Assembly (NCBI RefSeq): GCF_030028105.1
Contig: NC_092384.1
Location: forward strand, 3,825,665 to 3,889,664
Reading direction: 5' to 3'
Source: Mobula birostris
Lineage: Eukaryota
DNA: 64,000 nt
The notes beneath the pieces are model-generated. The model was given only the letters and a program-made list of their open reading frames with translations. It was not told where the DNA came from and did not search any database. The translations under genes were made by a program, and so were the position numbers. The number at the start of each line of letters is the position of its first letter. Positions within the stretch are counted from its first letter, which is position 1. Positions 51,165 through 64,000 of the stretch are shown piece by piece.

Positions 51165-52452
51165 TGTCATATGCGGGTGTGGCGCTGGAAGCGGACCCAA
51201 ATGCAAGACACAGGCACTACAGTACAAGGAACTGGACAGGACTAGAGCCGAGAGTTAGGGACGTGACTGATTGCAGACAAGGAGCTGGGACAAGAACACT
51301 GACTTGGGCTAGGACATTATGCTAGGATCAGGACTAGGAGCCTGGCCTTGGACTCCGAGCCGGAGACTGAACAAGGACCCAGAACCTGGGTCTTGACATG
51401 GGCTCGGTAACCGGAACTAAGCGAGGACATGACGTGGCTACAGGACTGGACATGCCTTGGGTTCTTCATGGCTTGGTTACTTCATGGTTTGGGCACTTCT
51501 AGGCGAGGACATGACAAGGCTTGTTTTCGGACTCCGAGCCAGAGACTAGACAAGGACCCAGAACCTGGGACTTAACTCGAACTCGGACTCCGGAATTAGG
51601 CGAAGACATGACGTGGTCTTGGGAGAAAGGACTTGGCGAAGCTGCAGGACAGAATGCAAGATTCCTGGGCAAGACGAGAGAACTCCAGTACAGGACGATG
51701 GAACTCCAGCACAGGACGACGCACATGGAGAGGATGAGGCATATGGCAGGACGAGAACACAAAGCCTTGACTTGGACAAGACGAGGTTCTTGGACATAAC
51801 TTAGACAGGCCGAGGTACAAGGACAGGACGAGACCGCGAAGCCTCGCCTTGGTCTTGGGAGACAGGAACGCAGAGCCTTGGTAGAGGGAGACATGAACGC
51901 AGAGCCTTGGTCGAGGGAGAACAGGAAGATGGGACACAGAGCCGGGACCCCTCCTTGGAAACAGGACGTAGGGCCGGGACTCATACGCAGAATGCTGAAC
52001 ACGACGAGACAGTTCCCAACACTAGGTAGCGGGAAACGGCCGGAACTACCTAGCGAAGGCGTAGACACAAAATCAGCTACAAACAACGAAAGACAATTCC
52101 TTATCTAGGCACAGCAAGGCTCCTGTCTGCTCCGGCGGTAGAACTTGACAGGCGAGGACGCAGACGAGGTTGCAGGCAGGGCTTCAGGGAGAAGTTGCAG
52201 GCAAGACTGCAGGAAGAGGCTTCACTTAACGCTTCAGGCAGAGGTTGCATGCAAGTCTTCAGGCAGAAGGTGAAGGGAAGGGAAGGGAACAGTCCAGCAA
52301 ATGAAGCTGAACTCAGGAGCTACTTATGTAGCCAGCTCAAAATCAGAATAATGTGCCTCAATTAAGGCACACAACAGGACAAGGGAAAACTGGAAAACCT
52401 GGAATACGGATCTCTCGACCGGAACGTGAACCGGAATGCAGGCTTCCCAGAC
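51165..52452 (-). mobile_element. Solo LTR, paralogue of 6904-8346, with its right end removed by a deletion
   Basis: TTATA|TGTCAT start. Colinear with copy 1 up to ggaatgcaggcttcccagaca, then it jumps to the equivalent of ~8613. Confidence 0.8.
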
Positions 52453-55400
52453 ATCCCGGCTAGTATCCTCCTGTGTACATTAAGCTCCCTAATAAGATCT
52501 GACTTGTAATTCAACAACCAATCTAGGATGACCTTTCCGTAGTAGGTTCAAGCACAAGCTGCTCTAGGAAGCCATCTGGTAGGTATTCAACAAATTCCCT
52601 TTCTTGCGATCCGGGTCCAACATGATTTTCCTAATTCCTTGCATATTGAAGTCTCTTATTACAAATGTGTCATCCCCTTATTACACACCTTTTCAATCTC
52701 TCTTCGCAATCTCGACTCCACATATTATCCACTATTTGAGGGCCGATATAAGATTCCCATATTGTTTTTGTTTTAACCTTTATAGTCTCTTGACTCCGAC
52801 CACAAAGATTCATCAGTCTCTGATCCGATGTCACCTCTTTCTGAAGATGTAATCCCATCCCTTATCAACAGATATCACCAACCGCTTATGACTTCCTGAC
52901 TGTCTTGTCGATGTAAATTATATCCTCTGATGTTCAGCTTCCAACTAGGGGTTTCATTTAGCCATGACTCAGTGATACCCACAACGTTGTACAGACAAGT
53001 GCGCCACAGGTTCGTCCACATTATTCCAAATGGTACGCACATTTAAATACAGGAACTTCAGTCCTGCATTGTTAATCCTTTTGAATTTTGCTTCTGTGGT
53101 ACAATTTAACTCTTTGCTCCGTCTACAGTTTTTACCCAATCATTGGCCTGTCCTTCCTTGCATCCATGTTCTGTCCGTCATCTGCTTCTAAACATGTTGG
53201 CTGATCCATGGCTTTATGATATCCGCTCCCATCCTCCTGACTAATTAATTTAAACCACACCCAACAGCTAGTAAACCTGCACGTAGGAATATTGTTCCTC
53301 GTCGGATCACGTGCAAACCATCCCTTTTGTAAGATGCCACCTGTCCTAGAGGAGGTGCCAGTTATCCAGAAAGCTGAATCGCCTGCTCCAATTATTCAGC
53401 CACTCGTTTATAGGCCACTTCATTCTATTCCTATCCTCACAGTCGCGTGGTACAGGGAGCAATCCCGAGATTACTACATTTGATGTCCTGCTTCTCAGCT
53501 ACTTTCCTAACACCCTGTGTTCTTTTTCTCAGCAATTCATCTCTTTTTCTACCTACGTCGTTGGTACTAACGTGTACAAGGACTTCAGGCTGTTCGCCTT
53601 CCCTTATCAGGATATTTTGGACCTGTGCAAAAACACTGCGGACCCTAGTGCCTGAGAGGCAATCTGTGTTTCATTTTCGCGTCCACAGAATCGCCTATTT
53701 GCCTTCCTGACTATAAACTCTCCTATTACTGCTACAACCCTTTCCAGTTCCATAAACGTTTGACTCACGGGGCCAGAATCTGTACCAGAGTCACTGCAGC
53801 TGTTGCTTCCCCGCTCCAACAGTACTCCGTATCGAGTGGTTATTGTTGAGAGGGACGGCGGCGGCGGTGTTCTCCACTATCTGACGGTCTCCCTTCCCAT
53901 TCCTGACCGTCACCCATGTATCTGTCTCATGTAGCCTTGGAGAGTCTACTTCCCTCTAGATCCTATTTACCACCGCTTCACTTTCCCTAACAAGCTGAAG
54001 GTCATGGAGCTGCAGTTCCAGTGCCCTAACACGGTCGCTAAGGAGTTGTATCTCGATGCAACCGGTGCAGATGTGGCCACTGGGGAGGCTGGTAGTCTGA
54101 TGGAGATCCCATATATGAGACGCAGAACAGAACACTGGCTCTGTACACGTACTTCCTATTCTGTTCACAGTTCATTCAGAATAAGTAATAAGAAAATCAT
54201 GGAGCTCATTGAATTTCATGGAGCTACACCACTGAAGAAATTGATCTATCTCACTACTGTACACCTCCTCTTCACCATCTAACAATAGCTGTGCTTAGTG
54301 TTACGGTCATAATTGTAGAACGTACAGTACAGCAGTGGGCTATAAACGGATCCTTGATATGTGCCAGTGTTAACGGTCAGTGATAAGTATTTTCGATCTG
54401 CACCGAATGTGGTGATCTGATGAGTAAGTGAAGAGTCCACTTGCAGAAGGACATGCAGTGGTCTAGGTGTTAGAACTTGTTGACTAGTACTGAGAATATG
54501 ATGTTGTTGTATTCTGAGGAGTAATCAATAAACAGCAAGCTAACGTAGGTATTGCTAATGTTCAGATGATCCAAGGCCAAACCAGTGATAATAGATTAAT
54601 TGTAGACACATTGTGGCAATTAGCAAATTTCAGCAGGTCGTTCTCCGTGCTAAGGAAAGAATTGCTTCAAGCCATAACGAAACTCTCATAGTACTTCGGC
54701 CCGTTAGGTTTCTGTGCAACTGGGAGATAGTCGTTGAGTCAATTGACGCTGCCATTCTTGGGCGCTCTTTAGATCATCGCCCTTTTGAAGTGGTCCCCAT
54801 CCTGCGACAGTAGCGTTACGGAAGATGCCTTGGAACATTCCAGCCAAAGGTGATATACAGTGGCATGCAAAAGTTTGGGCACCCAATGTCAAAATTTCTG
54901 TTGCTGTGAATAGGTAAGCGAGTAAAAGATGAACTGATTTCCAAAATGCATAACGTTAAAAATGACGCATTTCTTTAATATTTTAAGCAAGAATATTTTT
55001 TTTTGATCTCCATATTTTACAGTTTCAAAATAGCAAAAAAAGGATAAAGTCCCGAAGCAAAACATTGGGCAACGACTCCAAGTCCCTTTGTATTAGTTCC
55101 CCATCCATTGTATTTCATTTGCCACTTTTTTGCCCTTTCCTCCAAACTATCTAAGTCTCTTTGCAGGCTCCCTGTTTTCTCAACACTACCTGCTCCTCCA
55201 CCAATCTTTGTATCATCGGCAAATTTAGCCACAAATCCAATAAACCCATAGTCCACATAATTGCAATGCATCGTGAAAAGCAGCGTTCCCACCAGCGACC
55301 ACTGTGGAACTCCACTGGAAACCGGGAACAGCCAGAACAAGATCACATTATTCCCACTCTCTGTCGATCAGCCTATGTTCCACCCATGCTAGTAACTGTC

Positions 55401-56279
55401 CTGTAATTCGATGGGTTCTATCTTACTGAACAGCCTCATGTGCGGAACCTTGTCAAAGGCCTTCTGAAAATCCAAATAAACCACGTCTACTGCATCTCCT
55501 TTGTCTACTCTGCTTGTAATTTCCTCAAACACTGCAGTATATTAGTCAGGCATGAAATTCCTTTCAGGAAATCATTTTGGCTTTGGCCTATCTTGTAATG
55601 TGCCTCCAGCTACTCTGTAATCTCATCCCCAACAATCAATTACAACAACTTCCCAACACTAACAGGTCTATAATTTCCTTTCTGCTGCCACACACCTATC
55701 TTAAATAGCGGAGTAACTTTCAGAAATATCCAGTCATGCGGTATTATGCCAGAATCTATCGATTCTTGAAAAATCTTATTAATGATTCTGCAGTCTCTGC
55801 AACTACTTCCTACAGAACCCAAGGGTGCATTGTAACACATCCAGGAGACTTATCCACGCTCAGACCCTTAAGCTTCCTGAGCACATTCTCAGTCGTACAT
55901 TTCACTGCACATACTTCACTTCCCTCACACTCTTGAATATCCGGTATACTGCGGATGTCTTTCACTGTGAAGACTGATACAAAATACGCATTCAGTTCCT
56001 CTGCCATCTCTGCGTCTCTCATTAAAATAGCTGTAGCATCAAATATACTTCGACTAATAAAAACAAGCATCACTTTAGCTTTGTTAACCACACTATCGAC
56101 CTGAAACAACTTATCTTTATCTGGGTAAAAGTAGACACCTTGTTAGACCTGTGGTTTTATCCACCAATTGGGCTCAGCATTTCAAGATCTCCTCCTTGTT
56201 TATCAATTCCTGAGCTCATCGTTGTCTAGACGAGTGTAACGATGCCAACGCTTTGTAACATCTTTCTTATCTCTTTCGC

Positions 56280-56740
56280 TTCCATGTAAAAATGACCACG
56301 GTGAGTATCATGACGACCAATTTGGTCCACTGCACTTGGTTCACTCTCCAGAAGTGGCTGCGTGACCTTGGCTTCACTAGAAGAGAGATCAAGTCAACCA
56401 GCAGGGCTGTAGCTGAGGCAGCAGAGAAAGAATCAGCATGGGTGTGGACCAAGTATGTCCAGAGGGGCAGATAGTCAGACAGTGTATACATATCTTGCAA
56501 ACCCTTCAGTGGTTGCATAGACACCTGAAGAGTAGACTATCTGTTGGATGGAAGTGACCAGCAACTCTGAAAGAGGCAGATGCCAAGTTTTTAAGCTCAC
56601 CAGTGGGAGGTGGTGCTTTAGCACTGCTGGCCCACCATCTCGAGGGAGTCTTGATCGTAAGCGGGCCGCAACTCCTGAAGACAGGTGGCAGATCAACTGA
56701 TGATCCCACTGGTGATAGCACAGGACAGTTAACATGTTAG
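56280..56740 (+). mobile_element. 3' fragment of a restriction-like-endonuclease non-LTR retrotransposon (HERO/NeSL-like)
   Basis: ORF 56292-56474 reads LQKWLRDLGFTRREIKSTSRAVAEAAEKESAWVW, followed by a 3'UTR-like segment. Absent from copy 1 at ~12750-12770. Confidence 0.6.
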
Positions 56741-57939
56741 TCCATGTGTATTTTGTAACTCCCTGTAGAAATGTTGCTATTCCCCTTCACAATCTCTGAT
56801 AGCGCAAACCCATGGCCTCATGGTTTCGTCTTTAGTGTCTGTTCCATTTCAGACACTTGTCAAGTACCTCATTTGTTCTTTACTGTCTGTATATTAGATA
56901 CAATAGAATAGTACAGCACAGTACAGACCTTTTGGCCTGCAATGTTGTGCCCACCTTCAAACCCTGCCTCCCATATAAATCCCCACCGTAAATTCCTCCA
57001 TAAACCTGTCTAGTAGACTCTTAAATTTCACTAATGTAGCTGCCTTCACCACTGACTCAGGCACTGCATTCCACGCACCAATCAGTCCCTGAGTAAAAAA
57101 GCTTCCTCTAATAACCGTCCCACCCCTTACCTTAAAGCCATGTCCTCTTGTATTGAGCAGTTGTGCCCTGGCGAACAGGCGCTGGCTATCCACTGTATCT
57201 ATTCCTCTTGATATCTTGTATACCTCTATCATGTCTCCTCTCAACCTCCATCGCTCCAAAGAGTAAAGACTTAGCTCCCTTTATCTCTGATCATAATGCA
57301 TACTCTCTAAACCAGGCAGCATCCTAGTAAATCTCACCTGTACCCTTTCCAATGCCTCCAAATCCTTCCTATAGTAAGGCGACAAGAACTGGACATAGTA
57401 ATCCAAGTCTGCCCTAGAGGAGTTTTATAGACCTGCATCATTACCTCGCGACTCTTAAGCTCTATCCCTCGGCTAATGAAACCTAACACCCCATAAGCTT
57501 TCTTAACTACACTATCTACCTGTGCGGCAGCTTTCAGGGATCTGTGGACATGCACCCCAGGCCCCTCTGCTCCTCCACACTTCCGGGTATGCTGCCATTT
57601 ACTTTGTACTCTGCCGTGGAATTTGTCCTTCCAAAGTGTACCACCTCACACATCTCTTGGTTGAACTCCATCTGCCACTTCTCAGCACACTTCTGCATCC
57701 TATCAATGTCTCCCTGCAATATATGCTCTGTAATTCTCTGTTATTTTAAACCAGGCTTCATATCTCTCAATAACAAAGGGTCAGAAAACCTGTTTGCTTT
57801 GTCTTTTATTCTGACAGGTACATGCAAACGTTGTACTCCCGAAATTTCTGAAGACCTCCCATTCATTTGCCAGAAAATAACCTGAGCCAATACACCCTTT
57901 CTACTCCCGTCTGATAACGTCAGAATTGTCCATTCTCTA

Positions 57940-60804
57940 TGCAACGCCCTGGGAAATGTTTCACCGCTAATGTAATGGTTTCTCCGTGGCGCAGTGTTTG
58001 GGTTATAACTGGAGATAACGGGGGCTTTGAAATGTGCGGCGTCCAATGAGTAAAGAGTTTTTTTTCTTTCTCGTGTGCTCGAGAGTGAAGAAGTTGCGGG
58101 ATTTTGTTCGTCGGAACATGGAGAGAGAAGATGCCAGAACGGAGAGGACCAAACTGTAGACTGGGTGGACTTGGAATGGGGCAGGGAGCCGACGACGCCC
58201 GGGAGAAATCGATGGAGAACAAACGGACGGGAAAATCGTGAGCTGCAACGTGCGCATTAGACTCTTTCCTAAAAATGGGCCCATTTTCTTTTCGTTACTA
58301 GCCCTTCAGTCAAATTAAGAATTATAAAGCTCAATCGTTTAATTGCATATGGTGTACTGTTCGTTATTTCGTAGTATTGACTTCTAACAGGGAAAACTAT
58401 CACTCAACATCCACACAAACGAGATTTCACCACTTTCGCGGGGGCAGCGACTATCTTCTCCTAGACTAACGCAGCCCGCCGAAACTGAGGGTTACAATTG
58501 CGGAGGCATCGTTGCAGGATTCATTTCGTTGAATGTTGTGTGCATACCCTGAGCATTTAACCAGTGGGTTGCGTGTTTTAAGTCTGTTCTAGTTTCGATG
58601 CTGCTGGGTGAAGTGATAGTATTCATCCACTGGGGCAATGCGGGCGTGTTGAGTGGGACAGATATTCGTGCTCCGGATGAACTGTTAATTCACCTGTTAA
58701 GTACTGTTAAAGTTTTGCAGAGCGGAGGTTTGATAAACTGGCGGGCACAGATCTCGTTTCACTGCAGACCAGCTCTGACGTAACGGCAGCGGAGCGGGCC
58801 GAATCACAAGACGAGTTTCCTGTAGCTAGGGTCGGAGATTTCAAAGACAGGGTTCTATCGTTTCTGAGGAGTGAGTTGAAGGAGCGGCCGGAATTGCGTA
58901 TTACAACTGTGGTGAAGAGGGACAGCTCAGGCGGGGGTTTGAACAACAGGAAACACTGCGGAGAGTGAGCCATCGTGTACCTAAGCAGAGCGAGTCGATA
59001 GGAATTCTTTAAAGAAGCCCAGTGAGGGATAGCGAAGGCGGGGGGGGGGGGGGTGTTCGGGTGCATATTTCTAGCAATATATTAAGGAACACCCGAAAGC
59101 AAAGAATCCTGTTTCTTAAGGCTTAATGGGGCCAAGCTCCAGCGTATCGCTACTGATATAAGGCATTTATACCAGAACCATACTTGACACAGAGTCGCAA
59201 GTCACTTTGTTGTACCGATCATTTTACAACCATTTGCGCCATTCAGTGCACTGGATATCTGGGGGCTTAGTGCGGCTGTTTATCCGTATGATGTTTACTT
59301 GTCAGTAAAACTAGAGCTTTCGGAGGCCGATGTGGGAGTGGCTGAGGGGTTTGATACATTACCGCTATGCTGCCCGGACGCCGTTGAGAAGGGCGGTGAT
59401 TCAATTCTTGTGGAGACCTACACTCCTATTGCGATGAGGCTCATGGGATCCTGTAACGAGAAAGCTGAAGAGAGCTTTCTGAGAACGTTGTCCTTTCACT
59501 CGGTGTTTCGAGCTGCTTTTAAGGAAGTGCGTGACTGCATTGGGCCGGATGAGGAATGTAGACGCAGGACTGTGCGGTTCCCCAGTCCAAGCCAATCATG
59601 TTACGGTCCGGGGAAATAGCGAGAGTAATGAGAAGCCCCAAATTTCCCGGAATGCCCGAGGGCGAGGCCTTCTTGGTGGATGCTCCGGAAGACCACGAAG
59701 AAGAGTCGGGAATACCTGCTGTGGTGCTGGTGAGGCCCGAACTGCAGAAGTCCTCGGTTGTACAGGCGAACAAGATGGGAGTGGTTGTCAGAAACACTAC
59801 TGAGAGGGAAGTCATATTCGAGCGGGGGCTGCCCCTGACGCATCTTTTCCCGGAATCGATAGTGCTAGTGTCCCTGTGAGACAAGCGGGGTAGAAACTAT
59901 CTGCAAAGTGGGGAGTGTTGACCGCTGAGTCATTCAACTTCGGGGACTCCCAGGTACCTGCGGGTGAGAAGAACAAGTTAGTAGAGAAGATGTTTTTTTG
60001 CACTGACTAGTTTAATGGGGGTTGTTCCAAGAACTCTCTTCACACTATGCGGGTGACCAAGGACACCCCGTTCAGAGAGAGGTCACAGCAACTGGCTCCT
60101 GCAGAAGTGGAAGACGTTCGGTAGCATTCTGTAAGTTGAAGGAAGCTGAGATCATCATCGAGTCCAGAAGCCCCTATCCGTCACACAATAGTGGTGGCCA
60201 GAAAGAGGAATGGGAAGGTACGGATATGTGTGGACAATAGGACTCTGAACAGGCGTATCGTCTCCGACCAATATACGGTCCCAAGGATCGAAGACGCGCT
60301 GGCCTGTCCGGGTAGTGCGAAGTGGTTTATTGTGCTGGACCTGAGGAGTGGATATTACCTGATCCACATGAGTGAGACTGACAAAGAGAAGTAGGCATTT
60401 ATATGTCCACTGGGATGTTTCAAGTTCGAAAGTCTGCCCAGGGCATATCGTGTCCCCCTGCAACCTCCCAGCGGGTCATGGGGCACTTGAGTTTTCTTGA
60501 AGTATTGGTGTATCTGGATGACTTCATAGTGTGCAGGTCCACCTTGGAAAATCATGAAGCGGAGCTCAGACAAGGTACAGTGCGGTCTGAGTTGTAGGTA
60601 GGGACGAGTGATATGACAGCGGAGGCCTTGCCAGATAGACCAGAAGTACTTCCAGTAGTGTCGAAACATGAAGAGGTAGATGAGGGAATATGGAGGTCTC
60701 AAACATCAGAAGGCTACGGGATAAGCTGGCCTATATAGCACTGGGGAAACGGAGTGTGGCCCAAATTGCTTTGCAAGCTATGTCACTGCCTTTTACACCT
60801 GGGT
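57940..60804 (+). mobile_element. Gypsy element, paralogous copy: 5' LTR 57940-58496, protease and RT remnants, cut by a LINE before the 3' LTR
   Basis: TCTA|TGCAACGCCCTGGG...GAGGGTTACA. ILDTESQVTLLY at ~59180. VLDLRSGYY and VYLDDFIV at 60191-60597. Confidence 0.88.
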
Positions 60805-63800
60805 CATAGAAACATAGAAACATAGAAAATAGGTGCAGGAGTAGGCCATTCGGCCCTTCGAGCCTGCACCGCCATTTATTATGATCATGGCTGATCATCC
60901 AACTCAGAACCCCAACCCAGCCTTCCCTCCATACCCCCTGATCCCCGTAGCCACAAGGGCCATATCTAACTCCCTCTTAAATATAGCCAATGAACTGGCG
61001 TCAACTGTTTCCTGTGGCAGAGAATTCCACAGATTCACCACTCTCTGTGTGAAGAAGTTTTTCCTAATCCCGGTCTAAAAGGCTTCCCCTCTATCTTCAA
61101 ACTGTGGCCCTTTGTTCTGGACTTCCCCAACATCGGGAACAATCTTCCTGCATCTAGCCTGTCCAATTCCTTTAGGATCTTATACGTTTCAATCAGATAC
61201 CCCCTCAATCTTCTAAATTCCAACGAGTACAAGTCCAGTTCATCCAGTCTTTCTTCATATGAAAGTCCTGCCATCCCAGGAATCAATCTGGTGAACCTTC
61301 TTTGTACTCCCTCTATGGCAAGGATGTCTTTCCTCAGATTAGGGGACCAAAACTGCACACAATACTCCAGGTGTGGTCTCACCAAGGCCTTGTACAACTG
61401 CAGTAGTACCTCCCTGCTCCTGTACTCGAATCCTCTCGCTATAAATGCCAGCATACCATTCGCCTTTTTCACCGCCTGCTGTACCTGCATGCCCACTTTC
61501 AATGACTGGTGTATAACGACACCCAGGTCTCGTTGCACCTCCCCTTTTCCTAATCGGCCACCATTCAGATAATAATCTGTTTTCCTATTTTTGCCACCAA
61601 AGTGGATAACTTCACATTTATCCACACTAAATTGCATCTGCCATGAATTTGCCCACTCACCCAACCTATCCAAGTCACCCTGCATCCTGCTAGCATCCTC
61701 CTCACAGCTAACACTGCCACCCAGCTTCGTGTCGTCCGCAAACTTGGAGATGCTGCATTTAATTCCCTCATCCAAGTCATTAATATATATTGTAAACAAC
61801 TGGGGTCCCAGCACTGAGCCTTGCGGTATCCCACTAGTCACCGCCTGCCATTCTGAAAAGGTCCCGTTTATTCCCACTCTTTGCTTCCTGTCTGCTAATC
61901 AATTCTCCACCCACACCAATACCTTACCCCCAATACCGGGTACTTTAAGTTTGCACACTAATCTCCTGTGTGGGATCTTGTCAAAAGCCTTTTGAAAATC
62001 CAAATATACCACATCCACTGGTTCTCCCCTATCCACTCTACTAGTTACATCCTCAAAAAATTCCATGAGATTCGTCAGACATGATTTTCCTTTCACAAAT
62101 CCATGCTGACTTTGTCCGATCATTTCACCGCTTTTCAAATGTGCTGTTATCACATCCTTGATAACTGACTCCAGCAGTTTCCCCACCACCGACGTTAGGC
62201 TAACCGGTCTATAATTCCCCGGTTTCTCTCTCCCTCCTTTTTAAAAAGTGGAGTTACAATAGCCACCCTCCAATCATCAGGAACTAGTCCAGAATGTAGC
62301 GAGTTTTGAAAAATTATCACTAATGCATCCATTATTTCTTGGGCTACTTCCTTAAGCACTATATGATGCAGACCATCTGGCCCTGGGGATTTATCTGCCT
62401 TCAATCCCTTCAATTTACCTAACACCACTTCCCTACTAACATGTATTTCGCTCAGTTCCTCCATCTCACTGGACCCTCTGTCCCCTACTATTTCTGGAAG
62501 ATTATTTATGTCCTCCTTAGTGAAGACAGAACCAAAGTAATTATTCAATTGGTCTGCATGTCCTTGCTCCCCATAATCAATTCACCTGTTTCTGTCTGCA
62601 GGGGACCTACATTTGTCTTTACCAGTCTTTTCCTTTTTACATATCTATAAAAGCTTTTACAGTCCGTTTATATGTTCCCTGCCATTTTTCTCTCATAATC
62701 TTTTTTCCCTTTCCTAATTAAGCCCTTTGTCCGTCTCTGCTGAACTCTGAATTTCTCCCAGTCCTCAGGTGAGCCACTTTCTCTGGCTAATTTGTATGCT
62801 TCTTCTTTGGAATTGATACTATCCTTAATTTCTCTTGTCAGCCACGGGTGCACTACCTTCCTTGATTTATTCTTTTGCCAAACTGGGATGAACAATTGTT
62901 GTAGTTCATCCATGCAACCTTTAATTGCTTACCATTGCATATCCACCGTCAATCCTTTAAGTGTCATTTGCCAGTCTATCTTAGCTAATTCACGTCTCAT
63001 ACCCTTAAAGTTACCCCTCTTTAAGTTCAGAACCTTTGTTTCTGAATTAACTATGTCACTCTCCATCTTAATGAAGAATTCCACCATATTATGGTCACTC
63101 TTACCCAAGGGGCCTCTCACGACAAGATTGCTAATTAACCCTTCCTCATTGCTCAAAACCCAGTCCAGAATAGCCTGCTCTCTAGTTGGTTCCTCGACAT
63201 GTTGGTTCAAAAAACCATCCCGCATACATTCCAAGAAATCCTCTTCCTCAGCACCTTTACCAATTTGGTTCACCCAATCTACATGTAGATTGAAGTCACC
63301 CATTATAACTGCTGTTCCTTTATCGTACACATTTCTAATTTCCTGTTTAATACGATCTCCGACCTCACTACTACTGTTAGGTGGCCTGTACACAACTCCC
63401 ACCAGCGTCTTCTGCCCCTTAGTGTTACGCAGCTCTACCCGTATCGATTCCACATCTTCTCGGTTTATATCCTTCCTTTCTATTGCGTTAATCTCTTCTT
63501 TAACCAGCAACGCCACCCCACCTCCCCTTCCTTCATGTCTATCCCTCCTGAATATTGAATATCCCTGAACGTTGAGCTCCCATCCCTGGTCACCCTGGAG
63601 CCATGTCTCTGTGATCCCAACTATATCATAATCATTAATAACAATCTGCACTTTCAATTCATCCACCTTATTACGAATGCTCCTTGCATTGACACAGAAA
63701 GCCTTCAGGCGCTCTTTTACAACTCTCTTAGCCCTTATACAATTATGCTGAAAAGTGGCCCTTTTTAATGCTTGCCCTGGATTTGTCGGCCTGCCACTTT

Positions 63801-64000
63801 TACTTTTCTCCTTAGTACTTTTTGCTTCTACCCTCACTTTACACCCCTCTGTCTCTCTGCACTGGTTCCCATCCCCCTCTTGTGAACTAACCTCCTCATG
63901 CCTAGCCTCTTTAATTTGATTCCCACCCCCCAACCATTCTAGTTTAAAGTCACCTCAGTAGCACCTTCTAATCTCCCTGCCAGGATATTGGTCCTCCTAG
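60805..64000 (-). mobile_element. Relatively young CR1-type LINE (ORF2 APE endonuclease plus RT, few lesions), running off the window
   Basis: (CATAGAAA)x3 tail at 60805. RT 61035-61877 (YINDLDEG..KFADDTK, RPHLEYC) and endonuclease 62929-63933 (VNARSIRNK, GITETWL, MGDFN, ILDWVL). The ORF is split by a few stops and frameshifts. Confidence 0.95.

Larger units (their letters stand above)
41386..60804 (+). repeat. Segmental/tandem duplication, copy 2, with private insertions; ends at a LINE insertion
   Basis: Colinear with 1-16673. Includes paralogous CR1 (about 42040-44535), LTR (51165-52452), Tc1 end (~54858) and Gypsy (57940-60804). Confidence 0.95.

Noticed and set aside
62792-63568. 258-aa plus-strand ORF
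   Set aside because: It is the antisense shadow of the CR1 endonuclease ORF on the minus strand.
13850-64000. Intact, active transposase or retrotransposon genes
   Set aside because: Every Tc1, Gypsy and CR1 frame examined has stops, frameshifts or deletions, including the youngest LINE.
41386-64000. Second receptor gene inside the window
   Set aside because: No leader, V or C1 homology was seen. The duplicated copy stops before the promoter-equivalent position.

Overview
Vertebrate genomic DNA, not prokaryotic. The repeat families suggest a cartilaginous fish, most likely a ray (inference from the repeats alone). About three quarters of the window is decayed mobile DNA: CR1-type LINEs, Rex/Babar-like fragments, Tc1 transposons, a Gypsy element, solo LTRs and a Penelope-type end. 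The one clear host gene is on the + strand at 17640-36538. It has intact splice sites and an open frame: leader, germline-joined V-J-type Ig domain, C1-set Ig domain, uncharged TM helix, and a multi-tyrosine tail with an ITIM (LMYACV) and an ITSM (TEYAGI). The product is 361 aa, or 367 aa with a probable 18-nt micro-exon. This is an antigen-receptor-like but non-rearranging (no RSS found) inhibitory receptor resembling the SIRP, NKp30-like and VJ-C1/PRARP group. Positions 1-16673 are duplicated at 41386-60804 (about 80-96% identity, estimated by eye). The gene therefore appears to be one unit of a ~41-kb tandem array, and a paralogue is predicted just beyond the right edge. Other points of interest are a possible gene-conversion tract, a Penelope-associated minimal hammerhead ribozyme, a 37-bp CpG-rich minisatellite inside a solo LTR, and a HERO-like retroelement fragment. 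Repeat boundaries are approximate unless terminal motifs or TSDs are given. No alignment or database search was run.
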